Origin: Alphaproteobacteria bacterium
GTDB taxonomy: Bacteria; Pseudomonadota; Alphaproteobacteria; Rickettsiales; SXRF01
Assembly (NCBI GenBank): GCA_033763575.1
Contig: JANRKF010000006.1
Location: 16,166 to 80,165 of the forward strand
Reading direction: 5' to 3'
Length of the DNA stretch: 64,000 nucleotides
The notes below the pieces were generated by a model. The model had not been told where the DNA came from, made no database searches, and saw only the letters and a program-made list of their open reading frames with translations. Below, in pieces: positions 31,855 through 40,861 of this stretch. The position numbers and the translations under genes were made by a program. Numbering within the stretch: position 1 is the first letter of the stretch; each line of letters starts with the position of its first letter.

Positions 31855-32400
31855 ATGTATATATACCGTCAATTTAAAATTATTGTAATTTTTTCGTGTC
31901 TCTTCGGTTTCGTGGCGGCGCCTGCCTATGCGGCTCCCACACCGGATCAGATCAAAGCGGTGATGATCCGCAAATTCGTCGAATTCATTCGCTGGCCCGA
32001 GGCATCCGCACCGCAAAAGGAAATGCTGGTCAAAATTTGTGTGTATGGCGATTCGGCGATGTCGGGCATGAACGCGGTGTTCTCCAAAACCTCTTCCGCT
32101 AACGCCATTCAATACAGCCTGAGCAATATTTCGCAGCTCGATAATGTGGCGGGCGCCTGCCATGTGGTGTTTATCTCGGCGTCCAGGCAAGACCAGCTCT
32201 CGTCCATACTTGCGGTGCTGCGTTCCAAGCCGGTGCTTACGGTGAGCGATGTCAATAATTTTGCCGAGCGGGGCGGGATGATCGGTTTCCATATCATCGA
32301 CGGGAAAATACGTTACAACATCAATAATAAGGCGTTTGAGGCAGCGCAGCTCAAAGTCGATGCGCAACTGCTTGAAATCGCCAACAAGGTGGTGGAGTAG
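31855..32400 (+). CDS. YfiR-like periplasmic protein (DUF4154)
   Basis: 181 aa with a signal peptide (..APAYA), then IKAVMIRKFVEFIRWP, ICVYGD, CHVVFIS, PVLTVSD...F.ERGGMIGF and R.NIN. These are typical of the YfiR family. Confidence 0.75.
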   Translation: MYIYRQFKIIVIFSCLFGFVAAPAYAAPTPDQIKAVMIRKFVEFIRWPEASAPQKEMLVKICVYGDSAMSGMNAVFSKTSSANAIQYSLSNISQLDNVAGACHVVFISASRQDQLSSILAVLRSKPVLTVSDVNNFAERGGMIGFHIIDGKIRYNINNKAFEAAQLKVDAQLLEIANKVVE

Positions 32401-32404
32401 GCTT

Positions 32405-33925
32405 ATGCTCAAGCTGAAAAACACGTCCATCCGCCAGCGCCTGACCCTGATTATCATGGGTATCAGCTGTGTGACCGTGCTTGTGACTACGCTCACCATT
32501 TCGATTATCGGGGTGTATAGCCTGCGGGCGAACATCGTGTCCGAGCTTGATATTTCCGCCACCATCGTCGGCGATCGCAACCGTGCAGCCCTGAGCTTCG
32601 GCAAACAGGAGCAGGCGATCAGCAACTTAAGTATTCTTGGGGTGAAGCCGCCGATTGTGCAGGCCTGTTTATATGATAGCGAGGGCAAGGAGTTCGCTGC
32701 CTATATCAATCCGAAATATCGCGGCTCGGCGATATGCCCGACCACGCTGGATCCGCGGGCAATCGTGACCGGCGAGCGGATCGAATTGATGAAAACCATC
32801 GACGGGGATTTCGGCGTCACCGGCTATATTTATCTTGAATCGACGCTGGAGCAGATCGACCAGTATATCGAGAAGCAAAGCACCATCGCCCTGACCGTGG
32901 CGCTGGGCGCGTTCCTGCTGTCCTACTTGCTGGCGGTCAATTTACAGAAAGCGATTTCGCAGCCGCTGCTGCATCTGGCCTCGGTGGCGCGGCATGTGAC
33001 CGAGCATAAGGATTATTCGGTGCGGGCCAAGCAGCAGGGCGATCCGCGCCAGGAAAACAAGAACGAGCTTACGATCCTAACCCACTCCTTCAATAACATG
33101 TTAAGCGAGATCGGTGCGCGGAATAAGCAATTGCAGGAACAAAATGTCGAGTTGGAACGTTCGCGTGACTTGGCGGAGAGTTCCAACCGCGCCAAATCGC
33201 AATTCCTCGCCAATATCAGCCATGAGCTGCGCACGCCGCTCAACGCCATTATCGGCTTCTCCTCTATTCTGATGAATCAATTGTTCGGGGCGCTCGGCGA
33301 TCCGAAATACCTTGAATATGCCAAAGACATCAACGATTCCGGCACGCACCTGCTCGACATCATCAATGACATTCTCGACCTGTCGAAAGCCGAGGCCGGG
33401 AAACTGGCGCTGGCCTTCGAAGAAATGCATGTCGCCAAGGCGATACAAAAATGTGTGACGATCATGACCGAGCGCGCCGAAAAAGGTGAGGTCAGGCTGA
33501 TTACAAATGTGCCGAAATCGCTGCCGTCGCTGGTGGTGGATCGTTTGCGCTTTATCCAGATCCTGCTCAATGTGCTTTCCAACGCCGTCAAATTCACCAA
33601 TCCCGGCGGCACGGTGGATATTTCGGTGAGCACGAAAGAAACGGATTCCGTGGTCACCCATTTCGTCATCACCATCAAGGATACCGGCATCGGCATGACG
33701 CAGGAAGACATCGACAAAGCCTTCCAGAGCTTCGGGCAGGTCGATAGCGGCCTGAACCGCAAATATGAAGGCACCGGCCTCGGCCTGCCGCTGACAAAGA
33801 AATTGATCGAGCTGCACCATGGTGATATAACCATCGAAAGTGAGCTTGGGCATGGCACCAGCGTGGCACTGATTTTCCCCGCCATGCCGCCGGAAGGATA
33901 TGTGCAGGAGCAGGATGCGCTGTAA
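32405..33925 (+). CDS. sensor histidine kinase (2 TM, HAMP-like linker, HisKA, HATPase_c)
   Basis: The ATG at 32405 lies 5 nt after the yfiR-like stop. It has a canonical H-box (FLANISHELRTPLNAIIGF), an N-box (LLNVLSNAVKFT), G1 (KDTGIGM) and G2 (GTGLGLPL). Confidence 0.9.
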   Translation: MLKLKNTSIRQRLTLIIMGISCVTVLVTTLTISIIGVYSLRANIVSELDISATIVGDRNRAALSFGKQEQAISNLSILGVKPPIVQACLYDSEGKEFAAYINPKYRGSAICPTTLDPRAIVTGERIELMKTIDGDFGVTGYIYLESTLEQIDQYIEKQSTIALTVALGAFLLSYLLAVNLQKAISQPLLHLASVARHVTEHKDYSVRAKQQGDPRQENKNELTILTHSFNNMLSEIGARNKQLQEQNVELERSRDLAESSNRAKSQFLANISHELRTPLNAIIGFSSILMNQLFGALGDPKYLEYAKDINDSGTHLLDIINDILDLSKAEAGKLALAFEEMHVAKAIQKCVTIMTERAEKGEVRLITNVPKSLPSLVVDRLRFIQILLNVLSNAVKFTNPGGTVDISVSTKETDSVVTHFVITIKDTGIGMTQEDIDKAFQSFGQVDSGLNRKYEGTGLGLPLTKKLIELHHGDITIESELGHGTSVALIFPAMPPEGYVQEQDAL

Positions 33926-33998
33926 CTATTTGTTTTAGGCGCATAAAGTCTTTGTTAAGAATTGCGCTTTAAGCTTAAGACCATCTAAGGAGTCGTTC

Positions 33999-34469
33999 AT
34001 GAAAGCATTATATACCGAAGCCGTGTTGATGATCGAGCGTTTGCACCGCCGTTTTCTCGATGTGGTGAATACCGAGCTGGAGCGTATGAAAACGGACGAT
34101 ATCAATAACGTCCAGGCGCTCATCCTCTATAATATAAACACCGAGGAACTCACCATCGGCGAGCTGACCAACCGTGGTTTTTACCTGGGGTCGAACGTGT
34201 CGTACAACGTAAAGAAGCTGGTGGAAAACGGTTATCTGGAGCAGGAAAAAGCGCCGCACGACAAGCGTTCGGTGCGCATCAAGCTTTCGGATAAAGGCCT
34301 TGCCCTGTGCAAACGTATCGACGATTTGTACCAGCGCAATGTCGATATGCTGGCCAAGGAGGCGGATGCTAATGCATTGATGAACCTCAATAAGATGCTT
34401 TCCACCCTGGAGCGCTTCTGGACGGATTATATCAATAGCAGCTACCGTTCCCCGATAAATAATGCTTGA
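33999..34469 (+). CDS. MarR-family winged-helix transcriptional regulator
   Basis: 156 aa with the wHTH region TIGELTNRGFYLGSNVSYNVKKLVENGYLEQEKAPHDKRSVRIKLSDKG. Confidence 0.7.
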   Translation: MKALYTEAVLMIERLHRRFLDVVNTELERMKTDDINNVQALILYNINTEELTIGELTNRGFYLGSNVSYNVKKLVENGYLEQEKAPHDKRSVRIKLSDKGLALCKRIDDLYQRNVDMLAKEADANALMNLNKMLSTLERFWTDYINSSYRSPINNA

Positions 34470-34530
34470 CGCCGCGGCCAATAACCTTTAGGAATCCCGC
34501 CTCTTAATATCGATTTGGATAGGATTTTTT

Positions 34531-34833
34531 ATGGCTAGACGTTGTGATCTCACCGGCACCGGCGCGCAAAGCGGCAATCTCGTGTCGCACTCCAACCGCA
34601 AAACCTGCACCAGTTTCCGCCCGAACCTGCAGCATGTGTCGCTGATGAGCGATGCGCTCGGTGTGAGCGTTTCGCTTCGCATCACGGCGGCGACGCTGCG
34701 TTCGGTTGAACATAACGGTGGCCTCGACCAGTATCTCATCAATCACTCGGTTCGCAAACTTACGCCGGAAGCGGGCCGCCTGAAACGCCAGATCGAGAAA
34801 AAACTGGCCAAAACCGCAGTCAAAGCGGCATAA
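34531..34833 (+). CDS. rpmB: 50S ribosomal protein L28
   Basis: MARRCDLTGTGAQSGNLVSHSNRKTCTSFRPNLQ is a canonical L28 sequence. Confidence 0.95.
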   Translation: MARRCDLTGTGAQSGNLVSHSNRKTCTSFRPNLQHVSLMSDALGVSVSLRITAATLRSVEHNGGLDQYLINHSVRKLTPEAGRLKRQIEKKLAKTAVKAA

Positions 34834-34922
34834 TTTTAAGTTGCCTCCGGTGCTCGCTACTGCTCGCCCCATGAGGCGTAGCTCAAGGCTGGTTCGGCGC
34901 TACTCGCCTCTCATAACGATTA
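34834..34922. repeat. D-type dispersed repeat (copy D1) downstream of rpmB
   Basis: TTTTAAGTTGCCTCCGGTGCTCGCTACTGCTCGCCCCATGAGGCGTAGCTCAAGGCTGGTTCGGCGCTACTCGCCTCTCATAACGAT aligns with the copies at 48933 and 58011 and with the inverted copy at 58143. Confidence 0.7.
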
Positions 34923-34927
34923 GGTGA

Positions 34928-36697
34928 TTATTTAAATAGCTCCGTCAACTGCTCCGTCATCGTCTCCCCCAGCTTATCGATATCCGAGATGGTGACGGCG
35001 CGTTTGTAGTAGCGCGTGACGTCATGGCCGATGCCGATGGCCAATAATTCAATGGGTAATTTGTTCTCCACATGCGCGATCACCTCGCGCAGATGCGCGT
35101 CCAGATAGTTGCTGTTATTGGTGGAAAGCGTTGAATCGTCCACCGGCGCGCCGTCGGAGATCACCATCAGGATGCGGCGCTGCTCGGGCCTTGCCAGCAG
35201 CCGGTCGCACGCCCAGAGGATCGCCTCGCCGTCGATATTTTCTTTCAGAATTCCGTCTTTCAGCATCAGCCCAAGCTGCTTGGCGGCCTTGCGGTAATGC
35301 ATATCGGCGGATTTGTAGATGATGTGGCGCAGCTCGTTCAAACGGCCGGGCTGGGCGGGTTTTCCGTCTTTCACCCATTGCTTGTAGGCTGCGCCGCCCT
35401 TCCATTCGCGGGTGGTGAAGCCGAGGATTTCGACCTTCACGCCGCAGCGTTCCAGCGTGCGGCTGATGATGTCGGCGGAGATGGCGGCGATGGTGATGGG
35501 CCGTCCGCGCATCGACCCGGAATTATCGATCAGAAGCGTCACCACCGTATCGCGGAACTCGGTATCCTGCTCGCGTTTATAGATGGTTTCGATGCCGGGC
35601 GTGGTGATGAGGCGGGCGAGTTTCTTGCTGTCCAATATGCCGTCCGATTCGTCATATAGCCAGCGGCGGGCCTGTTTGGCCAGCAGCAGGCGCTGCAATT
35701 TGCTGGCAAGTTTCGCCGTCACCGTTTGCAGCGACAGCAGCTTCTGGTCGAGCTGGTCGCGCAGGTAGGCCAGCTCGGTCGGCGTGGCGAGGTGGCTTGC
35801 GCCCACTACCTCGTCATACTGCGTGCTATAGGCGTGGTAGGGGGCGGTGGCCTGTTCCTGCGAGCGGTTATAGGGGTAGGGGTTGCTGCTGCCCGCCACT
35901 TCCTGTCCCTGCTGCGGCAGTGCATCGGGCGGCGCGCCACCGGCTTTTTTCATGAAGACCGGCACTTCGTCGGCATTGTCATCGCCGCCGGACGCAGCGT
36001 TCATCGCATCGCTCTCGCTGCCTTCGGGCTGGGTGGCGATTTCACTTTCCGCCTCGTTCTCACCGCTGGATTCTTCGCTCGGTACGCTCGGGTCGGTGCT
36101 GCCCGCGAGGTGGGAGAAGGCATCGATCAGCGACAGCGATTGCTCGGCATAGTGTTGCTGGGCGCTGGTTTGCGCGGTGAGGGTGGCGAGTTGCGGCAAG
36201 ATGGAGGCGTAATCGCTTTCGGCTTTTTCCAGCGCCGATTTCAGGAAATCGGGAATCGCCTGCGCCAGGATATGGCGGCGGGCGAGCAGCTCCAACCGCG
36301 CCGCCGGGGTGCCCATGCCCTGCTGCATGGCGCTGGCGATATAGCGCTGGGTGAGGTTGTATCGCACGCCCGTTTTGCTCACGCCGATCTGCGATTCCAG
36401 CCGGATTTGCTCCAGCATGTCGTAAAGATTGGCATTGGCCGGGACCGTAGGGCGGAGTTTTTTATGCACCGCCTTGTCATGGAAACGGATGGCGGAGGCC
36501 TGCGCATCGGCCATGCCGCGCAGCTGGGCGAGGCCTTCGGGCGTGGGCAGGTCGGTGAGCGCGGGCAGGGCGATGGTGGCGCCCTTGACCTCCGCGCCAA
36601 ACCCGACCGTGATATTTTTCTTCCGGGCGAGCGCCCTGGTGGCCGCGGTGATGGCGGTTTTCAGAGCGGGTAATTGTTGGGCGTTGTGTTGGGTCAA
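34928..36697 (-). CDS. cobT: CobT-like VWA-domain protein (partner of the CobS AAA+ ATPase)
   Basis: 589 aa with an N-terminal CobT-type region, an acidic linker and a C-terminal VWA domain ([12 protein letters not shown]). The apparent TTG start overlaps the stop of the upstream ORF (TTGA). Confidence 0.85.
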   Translation of the reverse strand: MTQHNAQQLPALKTAITAATRALARKKNITVGFGAEVKGATIALPALTDLPTPEGLAQLRGMADAQASAIRFHDKAVHKKLRPTVPANANLYDMLEQIRLESQIGVSKTGVRYNLTQRYIASAMQQGMGTPAARLELLARRHILAQAIPDFLKSALEKAESDYASILPQLATLTAQTSAQQHYAEQSLSLIDAFSHLAGSTDPSVPSEESSGENEAESEIATQPEGSESDAMNAASGGDDNADEVPVFMKKAGGAPPDALPQQGQEVAGSSNPYPYNRSQEQATAPYHAYSTQYDEVVGASHLATPTELAYLRDQLDQKLLSLQTVTAKLASKLQRLLLAKQARRWLYDESDGILDSKKLARLITTPGIETIYKREQDTEFRDTVVTLLIDNSGSMRGRPITIAAISADIISRTLERCGVKVEILGFTTREWKGGAAYKQWVKDGKPAQPGRLNELRHIIYKSADMHYRKAAKQLGLMLKDGILKENIDGEAILWACDRLLARPEQRRILMVISDGAPVDDSTLSTNNSNYLDAHLREVIAHVENKLPIELLAIGIGHDVTRYYKRAVTISDIDKLGETMTEQLTELFK

Positions 36698-37074
36698 AAC
36701 TGGTTCCTGTCCTGTTCGGCCCGGCTGCGCTGCTTTTCTTCAGCCGGGCGGGGGGCCGGTTTTTCAACTATTGCTTCCGGCGGTTCTTCCACGTTCGCTT
36801 CGTCCCTGTATTTCATTTGGATCAGGCGTTTGCCGACGGCGCTGTCTTCATGGATCAGCATGCTATTGCCGCATTCCGAGCAGGCCGGTACTTTTCTGAA
36901 CATACTGCCGATGGAGTGCATCATCTTAGCGATTGTTTTTCCTCCGAAGCCCAGCAGGGCGATGTTCATCGGCACCACCACCCAGCCGGAAGGGACGTAT
37001 TTGCTGGTGTCATGCCTTTTTTTCACCGGGGGGCCGACATATTGGCACTTAGGACAAATAATGCGGCTGGCCAT
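36694..37074 (-). CDS. small zinc-ribbon protein (CPKC...CSEC) with a central hydrophobic segment
   Basis: About 126-131 aa. It has two CxxC pairs and the sequence [16 protein letters not shown]. It is wedged between cobS and cobT and appears translationally coupled to cobT. Start is at 37074 or 37089. Confidence 0.5.
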   Translation of the reverse strand: MASRIICPKCQYVGPPVKKRHDTSKYVPSGWVVVPMNIALLGFGGKTIAKMMHSIGSMFRKVPACSECGNSMLIHEDSAVGKRLIQMKYRDEANVEEPPEAIVEKPAPRPAEEKQRSRAEQDRNQF

Positions 37075-37203
37075 AGGCTCTACCTGCAACGGTCAACCGG
37101 CTTGTTAAAAACGTCCTCAAATGCGCACGTATGACCATATACGCTTACGCTTTTGCGGGCGTTTTTAACGGCGCGTTTGCCTCGTTGCAGCGAGCCTACA
37201 GGA

Positions 37204-38166
37204 TTATGCAAGGGCATGGTTGAACACCCTCTGGTAATATTCGGCGATGATCGGTTTTTCGTTATCGTCGCATTTATTGAAGAACGTGAAGGTGAACGCG
37301 GTGTGCGGATCGCCGAAGATGGCCATGTTTTCCGCCCAGTTGATGACGGTGCGCGGGGACATGACGGTGGTGATGTCGCCTCCGGTAAAGCCCTGGCGGG
37401 TGAGGTCGGCGAGCGCGATCATCTGCTTGGCCACTTCCTTGTTCTTGCCGGTGGCGAGTTCTTTTACTTTGCCGGTCACCACTTTGAGTTCGTCTTCGGC
37501 CTGCAAATAGCCAAGGTTCGCCACGATATTCCAGCGGTCCATCTGGCCCTGGTTGATCGGCTGCGTGCCGTGATAAATACCCGATGAGTCGCCCAGCCCG
37601 ATGGTGTTGGAGGTGGCGAACAGTCGGAAATAAGGGTGAGGGGAGATCACCCGGTTCTGGTCGAGCAGGGTGAATTTCCCGTCGGCTTCGAGCACGCGCT
37701 GGATCACGAACATCACGTCCGGCCGCCCTGCGTCATACTCGTCGAACACCAGCGCTACGGGCCGCGTGAGCGCCCAGGGCAGGATGCCTTCGCGGAATTC
37801 GGTCACTTGTTTGCCGTCTTTCAGCACGATCATGTCGCGGCCGACCAGGTCGGTGCGGCTGATATGGCTGTCGAGGTTCACCCGGATGCAGGGCCAGTTG
37901 AGGCGGGCGGCGACCTGCTCGATATGGGTGGATTTCCCGGTGCCGTGATAGCCCTGGACGAGCACGCGGCGGTTATGGGCGAAACCGGCGAGGATGGCGC
38001 GGGTGGTTTCCGGCTCGAAATGGTAGTTCGGGTCGATGGCGGGCACATGTTCCTCGGCCTGCGAAAAGGCGGGCAGGGAGTGCGGCCATTTCACACCGAA
38101 TAATTTCTCGGCGGAGGCGACGGTATCGGGATGATCGGGGGTGGCGGCTTTTTGTTGTTTGGTCAC
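37204..38166 (-). CDS. cobS: CobS-like AAA+ (MoxR-type) ATPase
   Basis: 320 aa with Walker A (GYHGTGKSTHIEQ), Walker B (LVFDEYD) and typical CobS N- and C-terminal regions. Confidence 0.9.
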   Translation of the reverse strand: MTKQQKAATPDHPDTVASAEKLFGVKWPHSLPAFSQAEEHVPAIDPNYHFEPETTRAILAGFAHNRRVLVQGYHGTGKSTHIEQVAARLNWPCIRVNLDSHISRTDLVGRDMIVLKDGKQVTEFREGILPWALTRPVALVFDEYDAGRPDVMFVIQRVLEADGKFTLLDQNRVISPHPYFRLFATSNTIGLGDSSGIYHGTQPINQGQMDRWNIVANLGYLQAEDELKVVTGKVKELATGKNKEVAKQMIALADLTRQGFTGGDITTVMSPRTVINWAENMAIFGDPHTAFTFTFFNKCDDNEKPIIAEYYQRVFNHALA

Positions 38167-38236
38167 GGTTTATCGCTTTATTGTGGGTTGCAAAACGACA
38201 TCATAATGCGCAAGGCTCTGAGCGCAAGCGATTTGC

Positions 38237-38791
38237 TTACGATTCATGCAGGTGCGCTTCCAGCACTTTGTAGGCGCTGGCGACGGCCTTGAATTTTTCC
38301 TCGGCGAACTTATCGCCGGGGTTGCGGTCGGGATGGGTGCGTTTGACCAGCGTCTTATACTGGATTTTCAGCGCGGAGGCGGTGTAGGGGTAATCGATTT
38401 CGAACAGGGCGAGGGCCTTGCGTACCTTGGCGCTCACATGCGGCGCGGGCTTGGTTATTTTGCGGTTGACGTTCAGGAAATCGTTGACGGCGTTGTAGAG
38501 TTTTTCCTGCGGGTCGGAGATATTGCCCACCCGTTCCCATGTTGGGCGGTGGCCGGTCACCGCATCTTTCATGAAGGCTTCGATCTCCTCGGCGCCCATG
38601 CCGGAGAAATAATCCCACATCTTATTATGCTCGCGCACATGGTCGAGGCAGAAATAACGATATTCATGGAGCCTGTCGCGGGATTTGGGGGCTTTATAAA
38701 TGCCTTCCTGCGTGCAGCCTTCCGCCTCGCAGCATTGCGTTTCATCTCCGGTGACGTGGGGTGCGAAATCTTTTTTGCTGCGTTTGGCCAT
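38237..38791 (-). CDS. J-domain protein with an N-terminal Cys-rich domain
   Basis: Start is the ATG at 38791. The C-terminal J domain reads LKIQYKTLVKRTHPDRNPGD..AEEKFKAVASAYKVL. The N-terminus reads CCEAEGCTQEG....YFCLDHVREHN. Confidence 0.8.
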   Translation of the reverse strand: MAKRSKKDFAPHVTGDETQCCEAEGCTQEGIYKAPKSRDRLHEYRYFCLDHVREHNKMWDYFSGMGAEEIEAFMKDAVTGHRPTWERVGNISDPQEKLYNAVNDFLNVNRKITKPAPHVSAKVRKALALFEIDYPYTASALKIQYKTLVKRTHPDRNPGDKFAEEKFKAVASAYKVLEAHLHES

Positions 38792-38803
38792 GGTTCCACC
38801 AAA

Positions 38804-38834
38804 TAAAAAAGGGGGCCGCAAAGCCCCCTTTTTT
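38804..38834 (-). terminator. rho-independent terminator (bidirectional shape) after the Ala-rich gene
   Basis: The stem-loop GGGGGC-CGCAAA-GCCCCC is flanked by A- and T-runs. Confidence 0.7.
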
Positions 38835-38849
38835 CATGTATCCGAAAGC

Positions 38850-39218
38850 TTATTGGGCTGGCGGAGCGGAAGGATCCACAGCGGGAGCGGCAGGAGCCGT
38901 GCCTGCTGGTACCACAGGGGTTTCAGCAGGAGCCATTGCTGCGTCCGGAGCTGGGGTCACTGCACCCTCAACAGCGGCAGCGGCATCGCTTGCAGCGCCT
39001 TCAACGGCAGTAGCAGCGCTTTCTGCCGCGGCAGCAGCTTCGGCTGCGGCTTTTTCAGCAGCTTCCTGCGCCGCTTCCGTTACGGATTGCGTATTTTCGG
39101 CAGGTGCTTCAGCCACGGCCGGGGTGCCGGCTTGGTCTTCTGGTTTCGGTTTCATCATCAGGGCTACGACCACGACGGCGAGCAGGGTTGCGATGATATA
39201 AATCAGGTTCTTATTCAT
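38850..39218 (-). CDS. small membrane-anchored Ala/Glu/Pro-rich low-complexity protein
   Basis: 122 aa with an N-terminal TM (LIYIIATLLAVVVVALMM) followed by an A/E/P-rich tail. The ATG is preceded by AAGGAGAA. Confidence 0.55.
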   Translation of the reverse strand: MNKNLIYIIATLLAVVVVALMMKPKPEDQAGTPAVAEAPAENTQSVTEAAQEAAEKAAAEAAAAAESAATAVEGAASDAAAAVEGAVTPAPDAAMAPAETPVVPAGTAPAAPAVDPSAPPAQ

Positions 39219-39330
39219 AATTTTCTCCTTGTTACTGTAATGAACGTCTCTAATACGCGACTGGGTCCCTTATAAACGCATTTTTTAATATCGCAAAAGT
39301 TTTTTTCTTTTTCTTAATGAAATCTTTGTA

Positions 39331-39422
39331 TAGCCAATTAAGCCTATAAATTGGCTATGAAAATCGTTCCGAGAGAACGATTTTCTGCGCCGTAGGCAGC
39401 GTCCGAATGTGCAAACATTCGG
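39331..39422 (+). other. three consecutive perfect hairpins upstream of rimP (possible leader or sRNA)
   Basis: The pairs are TAGCCAATT/AATTGGCTA (39331-39357), GAAAATCGTTC/GAACGATTTTC (39359-39385) and CCGAATGT/ACATTCGG (39403-39422). Confidence 0.4.
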
Positions 39423-39487
39423 TTAGTGAGCTATAGATATGCCACAAAGGGCTTGCAAAATTCCGTGCAGCGCCTATTGCACAACGT

Positions 39488-39991
39488 ATGGATGTGATTG
39501 ATAAAATTACCGCGCTGGTCGCGCCTTCGCTGGATGCGATGGGGTATGCGATCGTGCAGCTTAAGCTCGCCGACAGCGCCCGCCGGAAAACGCTGACGCT
39601 GATGGCGGAGCGCAACGACGGGCGGATCATGGGTTTTGATGACTGCACGGCGATCAGCCGCACGGTATCGGCGCTGATGGATGTGGAAGACCCGATCACG
39701 AGCGCCTATGATCTTGAGGTGTGTTCGCCCGGAATCGACCGCCCGCTGGTGAAATTTGCCGATTATGCGCGCTATGCGGGTTATGAGGTCAAGCTGGAAA
39801 CGCTGATTCCTGTCGAAGGCCGCAAGCGTTTCCGGGGCATTATTACCGGCGCGAAGGATAATGTGGTCTCTCTCAAAACCGACAATGGTGATTTTTCTAT
39901 CCCTTTCACCAACATCAAATCGGCCAAGCTGGTGATGACGGATGAGCTGGTAAAATCTTTCCTGAAACAGCAGAAAAAAGAGCAGGGATAA
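39488..39991 (+). CDS. rimP: ribosome maturation factor RimP
   Basis: 167 aa with LEVCSPGIDRPL and a C-terminal SH3-like region. It sits upstream of nusA. Confidence 0.88.
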   Translation: MDVIDKITALVAPSLDAMGYAIVQLKLADSARRKTLTLMAERNDGRIMGFDDCTAISRTVSALMDVEDPITSAYDLEVCSPGIDRPLVKFADYARYAGYEVKLETLIPVEGRKRFRGIITGAKDNVVSLKTDNGDFSIPFTNIKSAKLVMTDELVKSFLKQQKKEQG

Positions 39992-40093
39992 GGATTAAGC
40001 GATACCGGCGTAGGCGGGTTCCATTCGCTATTTGCATTGATTTCATCATCAAATGATGCTATAATTGATGCATATATGAAGGGAATACGTTGT

Positions 40094-40291
40094 ATGCGCA
40101 CCACGGTCTCACTAGATGATAAACTGCTGAGAGATGCAAAATCTTACACTGGTATTAAGGAAACCTCCGCTTTGATGAAAGAGGCGCTTAAGGTGTTGGT
40201 GGCACGGGAAGCCGCCCGCCGTTTAGCGCTTTTGGGAGGAAGCGAGCCGCAGCTAAAAGTTGCGCCAAGGCGGCGTATGGATAAGAAATGA
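40094..40291 (+). CDS. vapB: type II antitoxin, VapB family
   Basis: MRTTVSLDDKLLRDAKSYTGIKETSALMKEALKVLV is a typical VapB-type antitoxin sequence. Its stop overlaps the vapC start. Starts at 40037 or 40076 are also possible. Confidence 0.75.
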   Translation: MRTTVSLDDKLLRDAKSYTGIKETSALMKEALKVLVAREAARRLALLGGSEPQLKVAPRRRMDKK

Positions 40292-40674
40292 TTCTGGTAG
40301 ATACATGCATTTGGGTCAATCACTTACGCTCGGCGTATGGGCCAATGCAGAGATTATTGGATGCAGAAGGCGTAGCGGTTCATCCCTATATTACAGGCGA
40401 ATTGGCGATTGGTAATTTAAAGCAGCGAAGCCTTATTCTAACGGCGCTTGCGCAGTTGCCGCAGATTATGCCGGTTTTAGATGAGGAAGTTTTACTGTTT
40501 ATCGAAAAAAACAGTTTGCACGGAAAAGGCCTTAGCTATGTTGACGCGCATCTGCTGGCGTCTGCGCGTTTAAGCTCCTGCTTACTTTGGACGGAGGATA
40601 AGAAATTGAAAGAAGTCGCAGCAGATATGCAATTGGATGCGGCGGATTATATTGCCGGGTGCGAGCTTCATTAA
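40288..40674 (+). CDS. vapC: type II toxin, PIN-domain ribonuclease VapC
   Basis: 128 aa beginning MILVDTCIWVNHLR, with downstream acidic residues (ITGEL, YVDAHL) consistent with a PIN domain. Confidence 0.8.
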   Translation: MILVDTCIWVNHLRSAYGPMQRLLDAEGVAVHPYITGELAIGNLKQRSLILTALAQLPQIMPVLDEEVLLFIEKNSLHGKGLSYVDAHLLASARLSSCLLWTEDKKLKEVAADMQLDAADYIAGCELH

Positions 40675-40804
40675 TTCTCATTCGTCACAAAGCACTGAAA
40701 ATCCCCGCTTTTACGCAGCGCGTGCAGATGCAGAGAATAATGTTGTAGAAAAATGACATTTCCCCCTTGCGTGACACAATAAAGGCGCTTATGATTAAAA
40801 AATG

Positions 40805-40834
40805 AAAGGTGGGCACGTCCCGCCTTTATTTTTT
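40805..40834 (+). terminator. rho-independent terminator or attenuator immediately upstream of nusA
   Basis: AAAGGTGGG-CACGT-CCCGCCTTT followed by ATTTTTT, ending about 28 nt before the nusA ATG. Confidence 0.65.
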
Positions 40835-40861
40835 GCCTAATTTCTAAGAAGGGATATGTGT

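Noticed and set aside
31672-32688. 338-aa minus-strand ORF spanning the yfiR-like gene and the kinase start.
   Set aside because: It is antisense to two genes with clear family signatures, and its translation has no recognisable motifs.
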